From an uncultured Actinomycetes bacterium (GTDB taxonomy: Bacteria > SZUA-79 > Acidulodesulfobacterales > Acidulodesulfobacteraceae), in NCBI GenBank assembly GCA_964631685.1, contig CAZVZU010000005.1, forward strand, positions 1 to 64,000: DNA of 64,000 nt, in the 5' to 3' direction. The stretch's first letter is position 1. Each line of letters starts with the position of its first letter. The position numbers and the translations under genes are program-made. Positions 22,783 through 32,433 of the stretch are shown one piece after another. The notes beneath the pieces were generated by a model that saw nothing but the letters and a program-made list of their open reading frames with translations, ran no database searches and was not told the DNA's origin.

Positions 22783-23985
22783 ATGCCCTTGAATGTAGTT
22801 TTTATGGGGACGCCTGAGATTGCTTCGGAATCCTTGCGAAGTGTACTGCTTCTTGCTGAGTCCGGTGTTCTAGATTTGAAATGTGTTTATACTAAGCCGC
22901 CTACCAGAAGCGTCAAGAAGATGTGCGTTGTTAAATCCTCCGTGCATTTAGTTGCAGACAAGTTTAATATAAAGGTTAAAACTCCCAAGACACTAAGAAA
23001 CAATATTGAAGAAATAGAATTTTTAAAATCACTATCCATAGATTTAATAATTGTTACGGCATTTGGGGTTATCCTTCCTGACGACGTACTAGATATTCCA
23101 AGGTACGGGGTTTTAAATCTACATCCGTCTTTGCTTCCCGATCTAAGAGGGCCAAGTCCTATTCATTATGCAATATTAAAGAAGGTTAAATATAGCGGCG
23201 TGTCTATAATGGCACTTGATAGCGGAGTAGATTCAGGTCCCGTTGTAGCTCAAAATATAATGCATATAGGTAAGGATGAATACTATGAAACCCTCTATGA
23301 AAATCTTTCAAAATTAGGAGGGGATTTATTGTCGGATGTTATTAAAAATGTTTTCAAGATAAGATTGCATGTTTTTGAATATGCACATCCGCAGTCTTCG
23401 ATGAAAATAAGCAATAGGACTGAATCAAAACTTATCAATTTAGATATGCAAAGAATAGATTTTTTTCGCGATGAACCGCTTGAAATATATTCAAAAGTGA
23501 GGGCTTTCAATCAATCGGGAGGGGCTTTTTTTATGTTTAACGGTAAAAATATCAAACTCCTTGATGCAAAATTGATTATTGACGAACAAGAATTTATCAC
23601 AGATCGGTTTAAAGATAATAACGAGACTGGCAAAAAAACCCCTACTGCAGTGAAAAATTTTAACCGCGATAGTATCGACAGCACAGATAAAATAGGCAAT
23701 TTAGATATATATGGCGGTTGCGATGGGTATTACGGCTATAATGACTATATAGAAAATAATCGCAATGAAGCCCTGGAACTTATTAAAAATATATCTTCTT
23801 TGTTGGTTGCATCCCGCGTTCCATGCATGGTTATTTTAGCGAGTAAATTTGGTTTGGTTATAAAAACAGCGAAAAGAGGGGTCTACTTAAATCTCTTAAG
23901 GCTTAAACCTGAAGGAAAAAGGCCCATGAAACATATTGATTTTATCAATGGGTATAGGATAAAACCAGGAGTTATATTAAAATAA
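22783..23985 (+). CDS. fmt: Methionyl-tRNA formyltransferase with a C-terminal-domain insertion
   Basis: VFMGTPE, NLHPSLLPDLRGPSPI, DSGPV, LKPEGKRPM; follows def. Confidence 0.92.
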   Translation: MPLNVVFMGTPEIASESLRSVLLLAESGVLDLKCVYTKPPTRSVKKMCVVKSSVHLVADKFNIKVKTPKTLRNNIEEIEFLKSLSIDLIIVTAFGVILPDDVLDIPRYGVLNLHPSLLPDLRGPSPIHYAILKKVKYSGVSIMALDSGVDSGPVVAQNIMHIGKDEYYETLYENLSKLGGDLLSDVIKNVFKIRLHVFEYAHPQSSMKISNRTESKLINLDMQRIDFFRDEPLEIYSKVRAFNQSGGAFFMFNGKNIKLLDAKLIIDEQEFITDRFKDNNETGKKTPTAVKNFNRDSIDSTDKIGNLDIYGGCDGYYGYNDYIENNRNEALELIKNISSLLVASRVPCMVILASKFGLVIKTAKRGVYLNLLRLKPEGKRPMKHIDFINGYRIKPGVILK

Positions 23986-24000
23986 TTTAGGAATTTTTTT

Positions 24001-24753
24001 ATGTTAATAAAAAAAGAACATGTTTATTTCTTAAAAATAATATCAGCATCAATCTTTGTGTTGTTACTGATAGCCTTGTTTTTATTTTGGGTGATATCGG
24101 GTGGTATTGAAAAGCTAAGCCCAAGTTTGCCACTGTATATATTTTTATTTTTTGCGGCAACAGTTTTTGTATTATTACTAATTTTCTTTGTAAGCTTATC
24201 CCGAAAAAAGGATAAGAATCAAACGATATTGGTTTATCCCGCAAGGTATATTTTGATCAGATTTTTGTACCCCATTGCCGTCATTATAACATCCGTTTTT
24301 AGGATTAATAGGGATAAGATGCAGGGGTCTTTTGTAGAAATAAATAATTTTTTGCTTTTCTCTTTAAATCAAAGAATAGTTAAGGATAGAATACTTATTT
24401 TGCTTCCGCATTGTTTGCAGTTGCACAGCTGTAAGGCTAAGATCATTGAAGATGTCCATAATTGCCTTAATTGCGGAAAGTGCAACATAAAAGAACTTGC
24501 TTTTTTGAGTGATGAGAGAGATATTTTTATTGCTGTAGCAACGGGCGGAACACTGGCAAGAAGGGTGTTAGAGGAAAAAAAACCCAAAGCCGTGATAGCG
24601 GTAGCGTGTGAAAGAGATTTAAGTTCGGGCATTATAGACAGTTTCCCTATGCCTGTTTATGGATTACCCAATATAAGACCTAATGGTCCGTGCAGGGATA
24701 CGCTTGTGGACGTGAGTATGTTGCGCGCACTAATACGAAAAATAGTAACATAG
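24001..24753 (+). CDS. DUF116-family membrane-anchored Cys-rich protein
   Basis: LLPHCLQ, CLNCGKC, ATGGTLAR, AVACERDL, RPNGPC. Confidence 0.85.
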   Translation: MLIKKEHVYFLKIISASIFVLLLIALFLFWVISGGIEKLSPSLPLYIFLFFAATVFVLLLIFFVSLSRKKDKNQTILVYPARYILIRFLYPIAVIITSVFRINRDKMQGSFVEINNFLLFSLNQRIVKDRILILLPHCLQLHSCKAKIIEDVHNCLNCGKCNIKELAFLSDERDIFIAVATGGTLARRVLEEKKPKAVIAVACERDLSSGIIDSFPMPVYGLPNIRPNGPCRDTLVDVSMLRALIRKIVT

Positions 24754-24775
24754 GCTGGATACAGAAATAAGACGG

Positions 24776-26128
24776 TTACAACTTTTTCCTTAAATCTCTA
24801 ATTCTCTTAGATTTGCCCTGACTTCTTTCTAAAGTCTTTGGCGGAAGGGCAGTTACCTTGGACCGAACGCCTACTAACTCATATATTTTATGAGAAACTT
24901 CTTTTATTATTTCATCTATCTTGTTCTCACCCATATTAAAAATATTTTGCTTAGGTTCTATGATAATGTTCATTTTATCAAGAAGATTATCTGTGTATAG
25001 CTCGATAAGGTAAACTGGTTCAAGATAATTATTTTTAAATATTATTGATTCAATTTGAGATGGAAATATGTTGACCCCCTTTAAAATAATCATATCATCG
25101 GTTCTTCCTTTTATCTTATGCATTCTAACGAAAGATCTTCCGCATTTACATTTACCCGTATAAAAGCTTGTTATATCTTTAGTTCTAAATCTTATAAGTG
25201 GCATAGCTTGCCTATTTAGACTCGTCAAAACTAATTCACCGGTTTCCCCTTCCCTGAGAACATCGCCTGTTTTTGGGTTTATTATCTCCGGAAGAAAGTT
25301 ATCTTCGTTTATATGCAGTCCATTTTTATAGACACATTCGAAAGCAACGCCCGGACCGATAATCTCACTAAGTCCGTAAATGTCATATGCATCTATATTA
25401 AGACTATCTTCGATATTTTGTCTAAATTCGTTAGACCATGGTTCTGCTCCGAATACACCCTTTCTTAATTTAATTTTCGATGTATCCTTTATGAATTTAT
25501 GTATTTCTTCTGCTAAAAAAATGGCGTAAGAGGGGGTGCAGAAAAGAACGGTAGTACCTAAATCTTCCATCATGGTAAACTGTCTTTCGGTAAATCCTGT
25601 GGACATCGGAATAATTGTCATTCCTACGGCTTCCGCACCATAATGAACACCGAGTCCGCCGGTAAATAGCCCATAACCGTAAGCATTTTGTCCTATGTCA
25701 TTCTTGTCTATCCCGCATGCATATAAAACTCTCGCCATGAGTTGCGACCAAATTTTGATATCCTGCATTGTATATCCTGCTATGATAGGCTTTCCGGTTG
25801 TGCCAGAGGAGGCATGAACTCTAACCGTATCTTTTAATGAGCAGGAAAAAAGACCTATCGGATAGTTATCAACGAGGTCTTTTTTTGATGTAAATGGCAA
25901 GTTTTTAATATCGTCTATATTTTTGATATTATCAATATCGCTTATATCAGTAATACCTGCGTCATTGAATCTTTTTTTATAAAAATTATTTTTTATAAAA
26001 ACGGTCTTTAGGGTTTCTCGAAGTCTTGTTATTTGGAGGGCTCTTAATTCCAGAGGCTCCATTGTTTCATACTTTTTTTCAAAGTAATTAATTGGAATGC
26101 TGTCATTTTTTGATTTTCGTATGTTCAT
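24776..26128 (-). CDS. paaK: Phenylacetate-CoA ligase family
   Basis: HASSGTTGKP, YGLFTGGLG, GAEPWS, DIYGLSE, GRTDDM. Confidence 0.9.
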   Translation of the reverse strand: MNIRKSKNDSIPINYFEKKYETMEPLELRALQITRLRETLKTVFIKNNFYKKRFNDAGITDISDIDNIKNIDDIKNLPFTSKKDLVDNYPIGLFSCSLKDTVRVHASSGTTGKPIIAGYTMQDIKIWSQLMARVLYACGIDKNDIGQNAYGYGLFTGGLGVHYGAEAVGMTIIPMSTGFTERQFTMMEDLGTTVLFCTPSYAIFLAEEIHKFIKDTSKIKLRKGVFGAEPWSNEFRQNIEDSLNIDAYDIYGLSEIIGPGVAFECVYKNGLHINEDNFLPEIINPKTGDVLREGETGELVLTSLNRQAMPLIRFRTKDITSFYTGKCKCGRSFVRMHKIKGRTDDMIILKGVNIFPSQIESIIFKNNYLEPVYLIELYTDNLLDKMNIIIEPKQNIFNMGENKIDEIIKEVSHKIYELVGVRSKVTALPPKTLERSQGKSKRIRDLRKKL

Positions 26129-26130
26129 AT

Positions 26131-26724
26131 TTAAATGGACCCTTCCATATTTCTGCCCGTTAAAAATGCCTCTATATTTATCTTTTTGGTTTTTGGGGGA
26201 ACATTATACTCAATTATCTTGAGCCAAAATTTTTTTTCTATATCGGTAAATTTTGATAAAAGTCCAATTGATATAATATTAGAAACCTTAGGGTTACCCA
26301 AGTCCGTTGCTATTTTTTTATTGTCAATCATGAATAGTTTATTAAAACTAATTTTCATAGCATTAATGATTTCATCAACGGAAATCCTATCATGCTCAGA
26401 TGCAGTTGTCCATAGCGGAATTTTACCGTAATTTGATGAAATTATTAATGTGTTTTTATTTGAGAAGTCTTTGATATACCTGAGTGTTTCGTATATATCG
26501 AAAGAAAGAATTATATCTGCACTTTGTTTTGGTATAAGAGGAGAAAATATCTTTGTGCCAGATCTTATATGGGTTGACACAGAACCCCCTCTTTGAGACA
26601 TACCGTGAACCTCCGATGTTTTAACATCAAGTCCCTTCTCAAATGCGGCAAGGCTTATAATTTTTCCCGCAAGAACCACACCTTGTCCGCCAATTCCGCA
26701 TACTAATATATTTTGTATATTCAT
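26131..26724 (-). CDS. iorB: Indolepyruvate:ferredoxin oxidoreductase beta subunit
   Basis: GIGGQGVVL, SEVHGMSQRGGSV; ATGA overlap with the iorA stop at 26721-26724. Confidence 0.92.
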   Translation of the reverse strand: MNIQNILVCGIGGQGVVLAGKIISLAAFEKGLDVKTSEVHGMSQRGGSVSTHIRSGTKIFSPLIPKQSADIILSFDIYETLRYIKDFSNKNTLIISSNYGKIPLWTTASEHDRISVDEIINAMKISFNKLFMIDNKKIATDLGNPKVSNIISIGLLSKFTDIEKKFWLKIIEYNVPPKTKKINIEAFLTGRNMEGSI

Positions 26725-28619
26725 AAATCTATTATTTTTATACAACCAAATGTACATACATCTTTACAAACAGAACAGCCGATGCATGAATTATCAATAA
26801 AGGGTATGGGCTGGTTATTGTCCGAAAATTTATTTGAATTAAGTATGGACGGGCATCCGGTTTGCATACATAGGCCGCACCCGTTACAACTATCTAGTAC
26901 CTCAAACTTCTTACCGAAGTCAAGTTTAGCAGGATACAAAACGCAGGGTCTTTTCGTTATGATAACATTTAATTTTTTAGAGCCGAGAGCCTTTTTTAAA
27001 GTTTTATAGACATCGTTGTATTTATACGGATCTACCTCATATATTTCATCTATGCCGATAGCCTCTACCACCTTTTTTATATCTATTTTGCAAGATATGT
27101 CACAACCTTGAGGTTGTTGCTCAGATGATATATTCTTACCGGTTCCGGGATGATTTTGTCCACCGGTCATTGCAGTAGTAGAGTTGTCTAAAATAATTGC
27201 CGTAAAGCAAGCATTGTTATATTTTGCATCAATTAACGATGTTATACCCGAATGGAAAAATGTGGAATCTCCCATTATGCCGACAATTTTTTTAGGAGAA
27301 GAATTTGACAATGATAGACCTTGCGCCGCACCAAAAGCAAGCCCCATAGATATACAGCTATCCATTGCATTTAAAGGTGGTAAAGCGCCAAGTGTATAGC
27401 AACCGATATCGCCCATAACCGGGACCCTGAGTTTCTTCAGGGCATAAAATATAGATGTATGCGGACATCCGCTACAGAGGGCTGGGAGCCTTGCGGGTAG
27501 TCTCTTGGGAAGGTTGTTTAGTTCAGTTAGACATTCTCCGTCGTAACCATGTTTGTGCGAGATCTTATCGACCTGCTTTTCGATAACACCTGCCCTTGCA
27601 AGACCGTCTTTTACCGAATCAGGCGTAAGTTCTCCGCATCTGTCGAAAAATTCCTTGCCTTTTAGGCTTATACCCGTAGACGATATTTCATTTTGTACAA
27701 ATGGCTCCAACTCTTCGACTATAACGATATTTTTTACTTTTTTTGAAAATTCTTTGATAAGCGAATCAGGAATAGGATAGGACAATGATAATTTCAAAAC
27801 AGAGGCGAAAGGGGCGATCTCTTTGACATATTGATATGAGATCCCGCTCGTTATTATGCCGACATCAAGGCTGTTATATTCGATCTTATTAATACCGGAA
27901 TTATTTGAAAATTCTTGTAAATATTCCAATCTTTTTACGGCCATCCTGTGTCTTTTTCTGGCATATACTGGTACCATGACAAACTTTTCGATATCCTTTG
28001 TATAATTTTTTTCTTTCAAAGTAGGATTATCAATATGAGTCAAACAGGTTGAGTTGGATAGATGAATAGGTTGTTCAATATGTGTGATACTTTTGGAATG
28101 CGATACCCTTGTTGTAGTCCTGATCACGACGGGCGTATCGAATTTTTCGCTCATTTCAAAGGCTATATTTGTGAATTCGATACATTCACTACTATCTGAC
28201 GGCTCAAGCATTGGTATTTTGGCAAATTTGGCGTAAAATCTATTATCTTGTTCATTTTGAGAACTGTGCATATTCGGATCGTCGGTGGTGACAATAACCA
28301 GGCCGCCGCGAACCCCCGTTATTCCGAGGGTCATTAAGGGGTCGGATGCCACATTGAGACCGACGTGTTTAGTGGTGAACATAGATCGTTTGTAGCCTAT
28401 AGACGCACCAATTGCTATTTCGAGCGCTGTTTTTTCGTTTATAGACCAATTTACGACGACATTTTTAAATCTTGCAAGATATGGAAGAATTTCTGAGCTG
28501 GGGGTGCCGGGATAACCGGTAGCGACATCCACGCCAGCCTTGTGGGCGCCAACAGCTATCGCTTCATTGCCCGTGAGAAGGGCAGCGGTCATTTTTTTAA
28601 TTTTATTTATTGCACCCAT
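26721..28619 (-). CDS. iorA: Indolepyruvate:ferredoxin oxidoreductase alpha subunit
   Basis: GNEAIA, GYPGTPSSE, KHVGLNVA, LCSGCPH, GDIGCY, GDSTFFHSG, C-terminal 2x[4Fe-4S]. Start at 28619 or 28592, since the ORF-track extension overlaps the SRP RNA. Confidence 0.93.
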   Translation of the reverse strand: MGAINKIKKMTAALLTGNEAIAVGAHKAGVDVATGYPGTPSSEILPYLARFKNVVVNWSINEKTALEIAIGASIGYKRSMFTTKHVGLNVASDPLMTLGITGVRGGLVIVTTDDPNMHSSQNEQDNRFYAKFAKIPMLEPSDSSECIEFTNIAFEMSEKFDTPVVIRTTTRVSHSKSITHIEQPIHLSNSTCLTHIDNPTLKEKNYTKDIEKFVMVPVYARKRHRMAVKRLEYLQEFSNNSGINKIEYNSLDVGIITSGISYQYVKEIAPFASVLKLSLSYPIPDSLIKEFSKKVKNIVIVEELEPFVQNEISSTGISLKGKEFFDRCGELTPDSVKDGLARAGVIEKQVDKISHKHGYDGECLTELNNLPKRLPARLPALCSGCPHTSIFYALKKLRVPVMGDIGCYTLGALPPLNAMDSCISMGLAFGAAQGLSLSNSSPKKIVGIMGDSTFFHSGITSLIDAKYNNACFTAIILDNSTTAMTGGQNHPGTGKNISSEQQPQGCDISCKIDIKKVVEAIGIDEIYEVDPYKYNDVYKTLKKALGSKKLNVIITKRPCVLYPAKLDFGKKFEVLDSCNGCGLCMQTGCPSILNSNKFSDNNQPIPFIDNSCIGCSVCKDVCTFGCIKIIDL

Positions 28620-28664
28620 GCAAACTATTTGAACCGCAACGTATGTATATGATATGACAGAGAA

Positions 28665-28763
28665 GGGCAACCCGAAGAAACATGCACATTTAGAATCGAT
28701 ACCGTTGCTTTCTTTCGAACCTGGCGGGGTTCTCAATCGTCCTGCCATGTTGTCGGATTACCC
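28665..28763 (-). ncRNA. ffs: Signal recognition particle (4.5S) RNA
   Basis: Minus strand GGGTAATCCGA...CCG-CCAGG-TTC-GAAA-GAA-AGCA-ACGG...TCGGGTTGCCC: long hairpin with the helix-8 CAGG/AGCA loop and GNRA tetraloop; TGnTATCCT -10 upstream. Confidence 0.9.
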
Positions 28764-28975
28764 ACGAATAGGATAACATATATTAAAACTTTTTGAAAAG
28801 CATTATTTTTACTGATACGTATCAGCTTGAATTTACTAATGTTGAGACGAAATATAACGAAGCAATGTCAAAATTGGTCAGGGCGGGAAAAGCGTCATAC
28901 CGCAGCGTACTCGTTGCCTTGTCCTACATGTACATGAAGAATAAGCAACGGATACGATTGTAGTATATCAAAATT

Positions 28976-29227
28976 TTAGTCGTGGTGTATGAACTTGTCG
29001 TCCTGAACGGCATCATGTTTTCTTATATATTCCATAAGCATTGCCGAATGTTCTTTTTCTTCATCCCTATTGTGCGCTAAAATTTTTTTTAACTCATCAT
29101 CATCGGTAAGTTCAAAGCGCTCTTGATATAGATTGATAGCCTGAAATTCCTCAATCAAGGACTGTCTTGCCATCTCCAAATTTATTGTTTCTTCAGTTAA
29201 ATTTGGGTCATGATAATCTTCACACAT
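28976..29227 (-). CDS. Encapsulated-ferritin-type (EncFtn-like) small ferritin-like protein
   Basis: SLIEEFQAINLYQER...LAHNRDEEKEH ferroxidase motifs; AAGGAGG SD. Confidence 0.85.
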   Translation of the reverse strand: MCEDYHDPNLTEETINLEMARQSLIEEFQAINLYQERFELTDDDELKKILAHNRDEEKEHSAMLMEYIRKHDAVQDDKFIHHD

Positions 29228-29411
29228 ACATCCTCCTTATTTTTATTGTTAATGCTTAATTTTATGCCTCTACTCCGTAGTAGTATAATCTACTTTGGAT
29301 CTAAAATCAAGCGAGTCAGATGGCTATGTATTAAGGATATAGCCTTAGTTTATCTTGTTTAATATACGTAAATTCTTGAAAAAATTGCTTTAATCGGATA
29401 ATATCAATAGT

Positions 29412-29903
29412 ATGGAAATGGAAAAAAAAATTCTTATAGCCGTAGAAATAAATTTTGAAACATCTTCTATATTAACGCAGACAGTCTCTTTTTTCAGGGA
29501 GAGTTTGTCAAAATTTTACATCTTGCATGTGATATCCGCTCCCCCGTTTTCCTCAATAAATAAAAAAAATAGCCTTCATGTTGAAATGGAAGCGAGTTAT
29601 AAGAATGTGGAGGACGAATTAACAAAGTCTGGTTTACGCTACTTGAACTATGAAATATTTATATCTCATGGGTTTCCAACGGTCGAAATCCTTAATTTTT
29701 CTATAAAAAATGATATAAACATGATTGCTGTGGGGACGCATCAAAAGACCGGTTTTAAGGAATTTGTATCAGGTTCTATTTCATCATCGGTTGCAAAAAA
29801 TTCTATTTGTCCCGTGCTTTTAATTCCGCTTAAAAATTTAGCTAAATTAAGCGAAGAAGAAGAGTCCGCAGAAGAATCTGCAGTGTCGTTGTTGAAAATA
29901 TAA
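29412..29903 (+). CDS. Universal stress protein (UspA family)
   Basis: KKILIAVE, ILHVI, GFPTVEIL, IAVGTH, GSISSSVAKNSICPVLLI. Confidence 0.88.
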   Translation: MEMEKKILIAVEINFETSSILTQTVSFFRESLSKFYILHVISAPPFSSINKKNSLHVEMEASYKNVEDELTKSGLRYLNYEIFISHGFPTVEILNFSIKNDINMIAVGTHQKTGFKEFVSGSISSSVAKNSICPVLLIPLKNLAKLSEEEESAEESAVSLLKI

Positions 29904-30091
29904 AAATATATTGCATTAAATATAAATATAGATATAATAGGTATACATACGGATACAGTCGTCACGTATCAACATGCCAATGCTTGTGTTTTAAGCAAAT
30001 TAAACATGTAGGCGGCATCCGTTGGCGATAAAATCATGCAAATAGGAATTAGTTTTTATAATTTAATAATACCCAAAACTAAGGAAGCATT

Positions 30092-30799
30092 ATGAAATTT
30101 ATCTCAAGCAGCGGATACCGAAGGATGCTCAATGAAATTAGCGAGCTTCAGAGTAAGAACGACGAGCTTGGCGTATCTTTAGATAGAAAAAATAGCGAAA
30201 TTGTTGCGATTAAGGATGGGCACAAAAGAGAAATAGAAGAGTTAGAATTAAAGATTTCGTCAATGCAAGAGGATATTGCAAACAAGGATAGTCTTCTGAC
30301 GTCTTATGCAAAAGATTCTGAGGAGCTTCCTATACTTAATGAAAAATTGAATCAATTTATTAAAAACTGCAGGGAGTCTAAGAATAGTATTAAAAATTTT
30401 ATTGATTCATTATCACACATGTATTCAAGTTCGTTTTCGACGCTTGAGAAAACCTACAATGACTCGGTTGAGCTTTACAAGTTGACCCTTTTTACAGATG
30501 AAATACTTGGTTCTATTGTTTCAATAACTGATCAAATCAACTTATTGGCTTTGAATGCCGCGATAGAGGCGGCGAGGGCTGGTGAGGCAGGTAGGGGGTT
30601 TGCTGTTGTTGCAGACGAGGTAAGGAAGCTTTCCGAAAAATCATCTGCTTCCACTAAAGAGATATCTAATGTTCTTTTTGGCATAAGAAAGGTTAGCGCA
30701 AAGTTAAATGATACTCTCAGGATAGACAGTAAATTAAATGAAGGGCTCATGAAGACTATTAAGAATATTGATAATAAGGTTTTAGAAATCTGCGTATGA
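30092..30799 (+). CDS. Soluble methyl-accepting chemotaxis protein (no TM or sensor domain)
   Basis: [33 protein letters not shown] hairpin tip; coiled-coil N-terminus. Confidence 0.9.
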   Translation: MKFISSSGYRRMLNEISELQSKNDELGVSLDRKNSEIVAIKDGHKREIEELELKISSMQEDIANKDSLLTSYAKDSEELPILNEKLNQFIKNCRESKNSIKNFIDSLSHMYSSSFSTLEKTYNDSVELYKLTLFTDEILGSIVSITDQINLLALNAAIEAARAGEAGRGFAVVADEVRKLSEKSSASTKEISNVLFGIRKVSAKLNDTLRIDSKLNEGLMKTIKNIDNKVLEICV

Positions 30800-30875
30800 T
30801 TTAATAATTTAATTTAATCTGAAATTTATTTTTAGATCGTGAGTTTTAGTCCTTGAAAAGGAGGTAAATATATAC

Positions 30876-31634
30876 ATGGTTTCCGAAACCCTATTTGAAT
30901 CATCCAATCATAAGTTTATTTATTTTGGTAAAGACAGCGATAGACCCGATTACGTAATAGATACAAATCAGTATTTGCTTGTACATAATAATGTGGCGAC
31001 GATCATAGACCCCGGTGGCATTGAGATGTTTTCATCTGTTTCATCAGCGTTAGCGGGCAAGGTTAGGATGTCCGAAGTGAAATATATATTTTCTTCCCAT
31101 CAGGACCCTGATACGGTTTCAGCGTTAGCGCTATGGCTCTCCATTACAGATGCTAAGGTTTTAATCAATAGAATTTGGAGCACATTCATATCTCACTACG
31201 GAGCAAGACCCGAGAACATGATAATGGTAGAAGATGCGGGCATGAAGTTGAATATGGTAGATGATTATACCTTCGATATAATTCCTGCGCATTATTTGCA
31301 TTCCCCTGGAAACTTAAACTTGTACGACCCAGTTTCTAAAATACTTTTTTCTGGCGATATCGGAGCCGCACTTGTTCCAAGGGAAGACCAGAAAGGCAAG
31401 AAAAAGCCCGATGTATTCGTTAGAGACTTCGATGCTCATACTAAATATATGGAGTATTTTCACAAGAGGTGGATGCCGTCAAATGAGCCTAAGAGGGTTT
31501 GGATTGACAGGGTCTCTAAGCTTGATATTGAGATTATAGCGCCGCAACATGGTCTTATTTTTAAGGGCAAAGATATGGTGAATAGATTTTTGAATTGGTT
31601 TGATGCATTAAACGTTGGGCTTTATTCTAAATAA
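30876..31634 (+). CDS. ODP-like oxygen-binding di-iron protein (metallo-beta-lactamase fold)
   Basis: DTNQY, DPGG, SHQDPD, AHYLHSPGN, FSGDIG, HKRWMPS, PQHG; directly follows the soluble MCP. Confidence 0.8.
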   Translation: MVSETLFESSNHKFIYFGKDSDRPDYVIDTNQYLLVHNNVATIIDPGGIEMFSSVSSALAGKVRMSEVKYIFSSHQDPDTVSALALWLSITDAKVLINRIWSTFISHYGARPENMIMVEDAGMKLNMVDDYTFDIIPAHYLHSPGNLNLYDPVSKILFSGDIGAALVPREDQKGKKKPDVFVRDFDAHTKYMEYFHKRWMPSNEPKRVWIDRVSKLDIEIIAPQHGLIFKGKDMVNRFLNWFDALNVGLYSK

Positions 31635-31728
31635 TTATAAATAACCGTCGTAGATTCGGTTAATTAATCAGTTTGACTCATAATAGCTGTTCCGCACGGT
31701 TTTCTTGTGTTCTTCGCGCATTTTTACT

Positions 31729-32433
31729 ATGGTTTTATTAAACTCTTTATGCGATTATTTTGAAGATATTGACGGTCTTGCTCCAGCGATCGAGGCCGTT
31801 ATATTCGCGTCGGATGAACCTATTTCAATGGAAGAGATTTGTGAAATTTTTAGTGTAACCCCTAAGAAAAGGAATAGAAAAAGAGACAAAGGATATAGTA
31901 GTGCGAAATGTAAAACGGGTTCTATTGAACTGAATGTTCACAAGCAAAAGAAGGAAATGGTATCAAAGGCAATGGAGTTTATAAAAAGTAGGTTTAACGA
32001 AGATATAGGGCATGGAATATATTTATCGGTTAACAATGGCAATTATAGTTTTAAGACAAAGCCCGAATACTACGGAGTAATTTCCGAATTTTTAAAGGTA
32101 AAGCCTCAAAAATTTACAAAGCCGCAGTTGGAAACGTTGTCAATAATAGCATATAAGCAACCGGTCATTAAGAGTGAAGTTGATTTAATCAGGGGGGTAG
32201 ACTCAGGCGGAGTAGTAAGATTTTTGTTAGAAAAAAATCTTATCAGGGTAGCCGGCAGAAAGGATATTATAGGAAGGCCGCTAATTTATAAAACGACCAA
32301 TCACTTTATGGATGTTTTTAATCTCAAAGATTTAGGCGATTTACCGTCCGTTAAGGAAATTGAGGAAGTTATAAAAAAAGAAAAAAAGGCATTAGATGAA
32401 GGGGAACAAAAAGAACTCTTATTTGACGAATAG
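31729..32433 (+). CDS. scpB: SMC-ScpAB complex subunit ScpB
   Basis: IEAVIFAS, LETLSIIAYKQP, IRGVDS, GRPLIYKTT, LGDLP; start uncertain. Confidence 0.92.
   Translation: MVLLNSLCDYFEDIDGLAPAIEAVIFASDEPISMEEICEIFSVTPKKRNRKRDKGYSSAKCKTGSIELNVHKQKKEMVSKAMEFIKSRFNEDIGHGIYLSVNNGNYSFKTKPEYYGVISEFLKVKPQKFTKPQLETLSIIAYKQPVIKSEVDLIRGVDSGGVVRFLLEKNLIRVAGRKDIIGRPLIYKTTNHFMDVFNLKDLGDLPSVKEIEEVIKKEKKALDEGEQKELLFDE

Noticed and set aside
28620..28748. N-terminal 43-aa extension of IorA
   Set aside because: It overlaps the SRP RNA, and IorA similarity begins at LLTGNEA.
30000..30045. Sigma54 or sigma28 promoter before the MCP (TGGCGA...TGC; TAAA...GGCGATAA)
   Set aside because: Spacing is wrong: 12 rather than 10 nt between GG and GC, and 19 rather than about 15 nt for sigma28.
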